From a virus (Duplodnaviria > Caudoviricetes): a stretch of 30,990 nt of DNA. A program made the position numbers and the translations under genes. Below, one piece after another: positions 16,370-21,573 of this stretch. The stretch spans positions 1 through 30,990 of IMG/VR virus record IMGVR_UViG_3300048902_000256; one strand, given 5' to 3'. The notes under the pieces are model-generated. The model was not told where the DNA came from. It saw only the letters and a list, made by a program, of their open reading frames with translations, and ran no database searches. Positions within the stretch are counted from its first letter, which is position 1. The number at the start of each line of letters is the position of its first letter.

Positions 16370-17188
16370 GTGCCCGCACCGTGTGAATGGGACGTGGACC
16401 CCGTGGCCCTCGGGGTCTGCTCCGACTGGGAGACCTATCCCGAGCCGGTTCAGCAGACCGCGCTAGAGCTCGCCAGCCTCTATCTCTGGAGCGCGACCGG
16501 TCGTCAGTACGGCGTCTGCCCGCTGACCGTCCGGCCGTCGCAGAACGAGCGCGTAGAGATCGCCTACCAGACCTTCGTGGTGGCGCCGGGTCTCGGTGGC
16601 CTGGGTGCTCCTGGTGGTCCGTTCCTCTTCGGCGGTCGCTGGTTCAACTCCGGCTGCGCGTCGGCGTGCTGCGGCAACCGCGCGTGCGCCATCGTGCTGC
16701 GCGGTCCGGTCGCCTATGTCGACAACGTGATGGTGGGGGACGAGGAGGTCCCGGCCAGCGCCTACCGGGTCGACGTCACGAACGGCACCTACCTCCTGGT
16801 CAGGATCGACGGTGAGTGCTGGCCGACGTGCCAGAACTTCACCGCCGAGCCCGGGGAGGAGGGGTCCTTCGTGGTCACCTACGGGATCGGGCGGGATCTC
16901 CCGGTAGCGCTCCAGGTCGCCACCGCTCTGCTGGCCTGTGAGTACGGCAAGGGGCTAAGCGGCGGAGCGTGCAAGCTCCCGGCCAAGATGACCCGGCTCT
17001 CGCGTCAGGGCGTGGAGCTGGAGGTGGCGAGCCCGGAGCCCGACGACGGCAAGACCGGCATCCGGGAGGTCGACGACGTGATCAACGCGCTGAACCCCAG
17101 CCGTCGCCAGCGGCCGCCGTTGCTGCTGTCGCCCGACCTCCCCGAGAACTGCGATCGGGTCACCGTGGTCGCGGCCGGGAGCTCGTGA
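16370..17188 (+). CDS. Head-to-tail adaptor
   Basis: LWSATGRQYGVC..TVRP, WPTCQ, LACEY, CKLP, RQGV, TGIREVD motifs; AGGAGG RBS. Confidence 0.8.
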   Translation: MPAPCEWDVDPVALGVCSDWETYPEPVQQTALELASLYLWSATGRQYGVCPLTVRPSQNERVEIAYQTFVVAPGLGGLGAPGGPFLFGGRWFNSGCASACCGNRACAIVLRGPVAYVDNVMVGDEEVPASAYRVDVTNGTYLLVRIDGECWPTCQNFTAEPGEEGSFVVTYGIGRDLPVALQVATALLACEYGKGLSGGACKLPAKMTRLSRQGVELEVASPEPDDGKTGIREVDDVINALNPSRRQRPPLLLSPDLPENCDRVTVVAAGSS

Positions 17189-17733
17189 TGGCCGTCTCCG
17201 ACCCGATGGTGATGCCGCTGGCGCGCGAGCTCCTGGAGTGTCTCGACCAGGAGATGATGAAGGTCGAGAATCCTCCGTTCTACGTGCAGCTCCGGCCGGG
17301 CAATGTAGTTGACCACTTACTGTCAACATTCCAGGACGAGTGCTGCCAGGGGCTCGCCTGGGTGCGGCCCGCCGGATTCTTCCCGAGCTCGGCGGTCTTC
17401 CCGGCCCAGGACGAGTCTCCGCTGCCCAAGGGCATCACGGCCTGGGCGATCACGCTGGAGCTCGGCGCGGTGCGCTGCGCGCCGACGCCGGACGAGAACT
17501 CGATCCCGACGGCGGAGGAGTGGGACGCCACTACTCAGGCCGTGATGGACGACGCGGCCGCGATGCGCCGGGCGCTGTGCTGCTTCATCGACGCCAAGCC
17601 GAACCGCGTCAAGAACGTGATCCCGGGGCAGTGGCAACCGCTCAGCGTTCAGGGCGGTTGTGTCGGCGGCATCCTCCCCATCACCATCCGGGGACCGGTC
17701 TGTGACTGCTCTGAGGCCGGACCGCTCAGCTGA
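17188..17733 (+). CDS. Virion neck / tail-terminator-type protein
   Basis: GLAWVR, LGAVRC, GGCVGG motifs typical of the gene after this adaptor type; TGATG overlap. Confidence 0.65.
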   Translation: MAVSDPMVMPLARELLECLDQEMMKVENPPFYVQLRPGNVVDHLLSTFQDECCQGLAWVRPAGFFPSSAVFPAQDESPLPKGITAWAITLELGAVRCAPTPDENSIPTAEEWDATTQAVMDDAAAMRRALCCFIDAKPNRVKNVIPGQWQPLSVQGGCVGGILPITIRGPVCDCSEAGPLS

Positions 17734-17736
17734 CGA

Positions 17737-17765
17737 AAGAGCCCCGGCCGTCGGCCGGGGCTCTT
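17737..17765. terminator. Bidirectional terminator-like palindrome
   Basis: AAGAGCCCCGGCCG-T-CGGCCGGGGCTCTT between convergent genes. Confidence 0.75.
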
Positions 17766-17768
17766 CTC

Positions 17769-17939
17769 TCAGGACAGACGATCTCGGTTGCGGATCGACC
17801 AGTTCAGCGGCTTGTCTTCGTTCGGCTTGATCCGGGTGTCCGGGTCCTGGGCCAGCTTCTGCCGGACGGCCAGTTCTGTGCGGGCTCCGAGCAACCGCGC
17901 CTTCACCCGGCTGTCAACGTGGTGCTGGTCGTCGTTCAC
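17769..17939 (-). CDS. 56-aa protein, paralogue of 17936-18115
   Basis: GTGA overlap; DSRVKARLLGA...KLAQDPDTRIK. Confidence 0.65.
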   Translation of the reverse strand: MNDDQHHVDSRVKARLLGARTELAVRQKLAQDPDTRIKPNEDKPLNWSIRNRDRLS

Positions 17940-18115
17940 GACTGCCTCGGGTTGTTCTTGAAGGACCGGTCGAGCACAACCTGTTCTTTCCCCTTGACCC
18001 TGACGTCATGCTCCTGCTGGAGTTTCAGGACCGCGTCGACCTTGGCACCGGCGCCGAACGTGATCGCCTTGACCTTGCTGTCCAGCTTCATCTCGTCTCG
18101 GGGGCGGCGGCTCAC
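17936..18115 (-). CDS. 59-aa protein, paralogue of 17769-17939
   Basis: GTGA overlap; DSKVKAITFGA...KLQQEHDVRVK. Confidence 0.65.
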   Translation of the reverse strand: MSRRPRDEMKLDSKVKAITFGAGAKVDAVLKLQQEHDVRVKGKEQVVLDRSFKNNPRQS

Positions 18116-18282
18116 CAGCCCCAGCTCCGGAAGCCGGTCGGCCCTCCGAGGCTGGTCCGGTGCTGGTTGTACTGCGGACAGCCCCGGACACCGCACGTGC
18201 ACAGTGGCTGGCGGGGGTCCGGCTTCGGACCGGGTGGGATGGCGGGGCGCAACTTGGGCTTCGGCATCTTCTTATCGCTCAT
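18112..18282 (-). CDS. 56-aa Pro-rich Cys/His protein (MSDKKMPKPK...CTCGVRGC...H)
   Basis: ATG starts 2 nt after the tRNA-like 3' end; stop overlaps the next start. Confidence 0.55.
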   Translation of the reverse strand: MSDKKMPKPKLRPAIPPGPKPDPRQPLCTCGVRGCPQYNQHRTSLGGPTGFRSWGW

Positions 18283-18283
18283 G

Positions 18284-18375
18284 CGATCACGGGAGGAATC
18301 GAACCTCCAGCCCTGTCACCGTCCCCAGGGACCAACCTGGGGGGCAGGATCTAGCTGACCCAGCAGTACATGATC
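18284..18375 (-). tRNA. Atypical tRNA-like element (92 nt; degenerate anticodon loop, long variable arm)
   Basis: Acceptor GATCATG/CGTGATC, U8-A9, D-like hairpin, T-arm GGAGG-TTCGATT-CCTCC, discriminator G; anticodon loop GCCCCCC is non-canonical; no encoded CCA. Confidence 0.55.
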
Positions 18376-18587
18376 TGTAGCCCGGTCCTTCCGCTGGTTA
18401 GGCGTCAGCACCGTATTTCGCGACGAGGAGAGGACTCGAACCTCTCTGCGCGGGACGCCTCCCTATTCGCCTCCAAGGTCAAGGGGAATCGAACCCCACA
18501 CCCCGCCAGGGGAAATCCGGAATCGAACCGGCAACGCTTCCATTCTCGCCGCTCGGAGTAGCTCCCCTACGGGCGTACCCTCCGAAC
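18284..18587 (-). ncRNA. Structured non-coding RNA with four tRNA T-arm hairpins
   Basis: Strong promoter upstream; no credible ORF on this strand; GTTCGA(T/G)TC hairpins at 18517-18531, 18483-18497, 18428-18446, 18292-18308. Confidence 0.7.
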
Positions 18588-18594
18588 AAGAAGA

Positions 18595-18623
18595 ACATTA
18601 CCGTCATGCCGGGGAAGTGTCAA
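18595..18623 (-). promoter_or_regulatory. sigma70-type promoter TTGACA-N17-TAATGT driving the tRNA-like RNA
   Basis: Consensus -35; same family as the 8642 and 12274 promoters. Confidence 0.85.
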
Positions 18624-18640
18624 GCCGTACCCTGGGGAGC

Positions 18641-19066
18641 ATGGTCGCCTTCGAGCTGAATCTGAGCCGCTCCAAGCTCAACGCCGTGGGGATGAGCCGC
18701 ACCAAGAAAGTGGTTACCCAGGTCACGCGCCGGACGTTCAACCGCTCCCAGGCACTCGCGCCGGTCGACACCGGGAATCTGCGCGCATCGGCTTATATGA
18801 ATGTTTCCTCACATTTCACCGAGGTTGTCGGGACCGTGGTCTATACCGCCCAGTACGCGGCCGCCGTGCACAACGGCCGCCGCGCGCTGACCATCCGGGC
18901 CAAGCCGCGCGGCGGCCGTCCCGGCCGTCTCAAGTTCACCGTCGGCGGCCGGACGGTGTATGCGACCCAGGTGCACCAGCCCGCGCGAGCGGGCCGCCCC
19001 TACCTCGCTCGCGCGCTGCGGGAGGCGGCCGGGACCGTCGAGGACATGACCGTCACGATCGGCTAG
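18641..19066 (+). CDS. HK97 gp10-like tail completion / neck protein
   Basis: APVDTGNLRAS, YAAAVHNG, RPYL motifs. Confidence 0.85.
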   Translation: MVAFELNLSRSKLNAVGMSRTKKVVTQVTRRTFNRSQALAPVDTGNLRASAYMNVSSHFTEVVGTVVYTAQYAAAVHNGRRALTIRAKPRGGRPGRLKFTVGGRTVYATQVHQPARAGRPYLARALREAAGTVEDMTVTIG

Positions 19067-19208
19067 GGCCGCCGCCGGTGCTGGCGGGCTGGGTGCCGCT
19101 CCCCGAGCACGCCGGGCACCGGTCCTTCCGGTGGCCCACCCAGACCCAGCCGTTGCCGCGACAGTTCGTACAGATGATGCGCCGGGGAAACGGGATCACC
19201 TTGCCCAT
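19053..19208 (-). CDS. 51-aa DnaJ-type zinc-finger microprotein (MGKVIPFPRR...)
   Basis: GGAGGG RBS; CTNCRGNG and CPACSGSG. Confidence 0.7.
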   Translation of the reverse strand: MGKVIPFPRRIICTNCRGNGWVWVGHRKDRCPACSGSGTQPASTGGGPSRS

Positions 19209-19243
19209 CGGAATGCCCTCCAAGTCTGGGTTACAGTGACATC

Positions 19244-19651
19244 ATGAGCGAAGAGACCACCGTAGCGGTAACCGAGCCGGAGCGCCCGGAGCGAGAGATC
19301 GAGTTCATGGGGCGTCAAATCTGGGTGCGTATGCCCCGCCCGGAGCAGGTGCTGGTCTGGCGCCGGACGATCGCCCAGCTCCAGAAGGCCGATTCCAACT
19401 GGAACGGGGAGCAGGTGCTGGCCGCCCTGGAGCGCACCCGCAAGATCATCGACTCCGTCATGGCGAACCGCTCCGATATCGACTGGCTGGATGACGAGAT
19501 GCTGGAGGGCACGGTCGGTCTCCAGGAGACGACGCAGATCGTCTTGAAGGCGCTCGCCGCATTCGGGGAGGACGAGAACCGTAGCGACCGCCGGGCCGCC
19601 GCCAAGAAGGCCGCTCCGGTCAAGAAGGCCGCGCGCAAGAAGGCGTCATGA
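19244..19651 (+). CDS. Tail assembly chaperone (first)
   Basis: Size, acidic helical body, basic tail NRSDRRAAAKK, position before tape measure. Confidence 0.6.
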   Translation: MSEETTVAVTEPERPEREIEFMGRQIWVRMPRPEQVLVWRRTIAQLQKADSNWNGEQVLAALERTRKIIDSVMANRSDIDWLDDEMLEGTVGLQETTQIVLKALAAFGEDENRSDRRAAAKKAAPVKKAARKKAS

Positions 19652-19800
19652 ACGCCCGTGGCCGCCGGACACAGCGCCGGGCCGCCGAGCGTCGCGAACT
19701 GAAAGCCGCTCGCCAGGAACGGGCACAGCTCCACATCCCCGACCACATCAAAGCTCTGACCAGGAAGGACACCCGTGAAATCTCTCGGCCGCGACCCTGA
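19648..19800 (+). CDS. 50-aa Arg-rich peptide
   Basis: ATGA overlap with upstream gene; overlaps the next gene by 26 bp. Confidence 0.35.
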   Translation: MNARGRRTQRRAAERRELKAARQERAQLHIPDHIKALTRKDTREISRPRP

Positions 19801-20131
19801 ACCCTCCGGCGTGCTCGGTACCCGTGAGCACGCGCTCATCGTTGCCAAGGACCGCCACCCCGGCGTGCGTGACGCGCTCCAGTGGCTGACCTTCTCGCAC
19901 CTCCCCGAGCCGCTCCAGCGCTTCTCGCGGCCGTTCTACCAGACGGCCGTGGAGATGGTCTTCACCGTGCCGACCGACTCCCCCGAGCTGACGACGGCGC
20001 TCAACCTGCTGATCCAGGCCAAGGACTCGGCGGTCCGCGCCGGGATCAGGCACGACCTCGGGCGCGCCGGTTCCGTGTCGCGTCCGATGACCGTGGTCGA
20101 CCCTCCGCTGATCGAGGAGGGCGACCGATGA
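19775..20131 (+). CDS. Helical-hairpin protein, candidate Acb2/Tad1-like anti-defence protein
   Basis: FSHLPEPLQRFSRPF...SPELTTALNLLIQAKDSAVRA matches a widespread small phage family; function is inferred. Confidence 0.5.
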   Translation: MKSLGRDPEPSGVLGTREHALIVAKDRHPGVRDALQWLTFSHLPEPLQRFSRPFYQTAVEMVFTVPTDSPELTTALNLLIQAKDSAVRAGIRHDLGRAGSVSRPMTVVDPPLIEEGDR

Positions 20132-20538
20132 TCGGGGAAGGTGAGGCGTACCGGGTCACCATGGCTGAGGGTGAACTGGTCCTGATCGAGTGCGACGACT
20201 CGGACAAACTGTCAGACGGCTATCACACGATGGCCGATCTGTACGCTCACCGGCGCGCGTTGGTCGCCGTGCTGGCGGCGGCCGCCTCCACGGCGGGAGA
20301 CTCCTGGCGGAGCAAGGCACATCACCCGGAGGACTCGCCCATGTTCGAGGGCGGCTACTTCGTCGTCGGGATTCAGCTCCCGACGGGCGTGATCACCTAC
20401 CACTTCAAGCTTTCACGCTGGGACGACTTCGCGGCCGTGCCGGAGCTGGAGCACGCGCCCAAGTGGGACGGCGCGACCCCGGACGACTCGGTGACTCGCC
20501 TGCTGGACACGGCACGCCTGGTGGCTGAGAGCGCCTAA
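20128..20538 (+). CDS. WDGH-domain-like protein
   Basis: SDGYHTMADLYAHR, WRSKAH, ITYH, ELEHAPKWDGAT signature. Confidence 0.7.
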   Translation: MIGEGEAYRVTMAEGELVLIECDDSDKLSDGYHTMADLYAHRRALVAVLAAAASTAGDSWRSKAHHPEDSPMFEGGYFVVGIQLPTGVITYHFKLSRWDDFAAVPELEHAPKWDGATPDDSVTRLLDTARLVAESA

Positions 20539-21167
20539 TGGACGTGGACCCGATCGCTTCCATGCGCATCTGGGCCATCGAGATTCAGCTCGGGGGCCGG
20601 ACGTTCGACGTTCCGGCCCTCCCCGCTGCCGACTGGTTCCCGGTCCTGATGGCGGGTGATCCGAGCCAGATTCTTGACCTCTTAAGGTCAGACCCGCTCG
20701 ACTCCGAGAATCTGGACGAGCTTCTGCTGACCGGCGCCGTCGCCGGTGCCGACCTCGGTCAGGCGCTGGTGGACGCCATCGAGGAGGTCGCGGGCCGCTC
20801 GTTCCACGCGGCCTTCGTACTCGCCAGCGTGGCCGCTGCCAACTGGCCGAGTATCAACGGACGGCTGGCGGAGCGCGGCTTCCGCTGGGACCTGATGCCG
20901 CTCGGCGCCGCGCTGGACGCGATCTACTCAATCGTGACCAACGGCCTGGACAAGGACCCGCGCGAGAAGTTCCTTCGGCTCCTGGACAACGAGACGCTCA
21001 CCGGCGGCAGGCCACGCGCCCACAACCGCGAGAAGGTCACCGCCGAGTTCGAGACGATCGCCGGACCGAAACCTACTGGCGGCCTGAGAGCCAGCGGCGC
21101 GCCGTCCGATAGTGCACGCCCCAAAACTCGGCCACGGCCCCAGCCGCGCCCCCAGGACGCCCCGTAG
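20538..21167 (+). CDS. Tail assembly chaperone (second) / pre-tape-measure protein
   Basis: PALPAADW and W..ING.L...G...MPL.A.LDAIY pattern; last + strand gene before the tape measure. Confidence 0.55.
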   Translation: MDVDPIASMRIWAIEIQLGGRTFDVPALPAADWFPVLMAGDPSQILDLLRSDPLDSENLDELLLTGAVAGADLGQALVDAIEEVAGRSFHAAFVLASVAAANWPSINGRLAERGFRWDLMPLGAALDAIYSIVTNGLDKDPREKFLRLLDNETLTGGRPRAHNREKVTAEFETIAGPKPTGGLRASGAPSDSARPKTRPRPQPRPQDAP

Positions 21168-21501
21168 CGCGAGCCCAGGACCCGACCCGGGCTACGCGCT
21201 GGAAATGGTCTGCGGGCCAGCTACGGGAGCCCTGAGGGCGCGGCATCGCGAGCATCCGATACTGAGCCTCGCCCTCCCCTTTCAGCGCGCTGGCGGCCAC
21301 GCTCGCCAGCTGGCGGACCGGGACCTGAGCCAGGACAGACGACGTGATCGGCTGGCCGTCACGGGACCAGAGGTAGAAACCCACGACCGTCGGGCGCTCC
21401 GAACCCTCAGACAATTCGACCCGTACCGTGTACGACCATTCGGGGTCGACCAGCTCGACCTCACTACCGAGGTTCGACAGCTGTGCTCGTGAGACATCCA
21501 T
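21073..21501 (-). CDS. HTH DNA-binding protein (DUF6214-like)
   Basis: C-terminal AVAEFWGVHYRTARRWL helix-turn-helix; TAGGAT 7 nt before ATG. Confidence 0.65.
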   Translation of the reverse strand: MDVSRAQLSNLGSEVELVDPEWSYTVRVELSEGSERPTVVGFYLWSRDGQPITSSVLAQVPVRQLASVAASALKGEGEAQYRMLAMPRPQGSRSWPADHFQRVARVGSWARATGRPGGAAGAVAEFWGVHYRTARRWLSGRQ

Positions 21502-21573
21502 AGCGGCCATCCTAGTCCAGATGCCACCCTGATCAGAGTCAAGAGGACATCTCTTAGCCCGTACGCTGGTCAC

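Noticed and set aside
18284-18587. tmRNA or a cluster of canonical tRNA genes
   Set aside because: No alanyl-type ends, tag ORF or CCA; the first three T-arms are only about 35-55 nt apart, too close for full tRNAs
4813-21554. AGATGTCC/GGACATCT octamer near late promoters (about 4813, 12316, 21545)
   Set aside because: Only three copies with inconsistent orientation and spacing; could be chance
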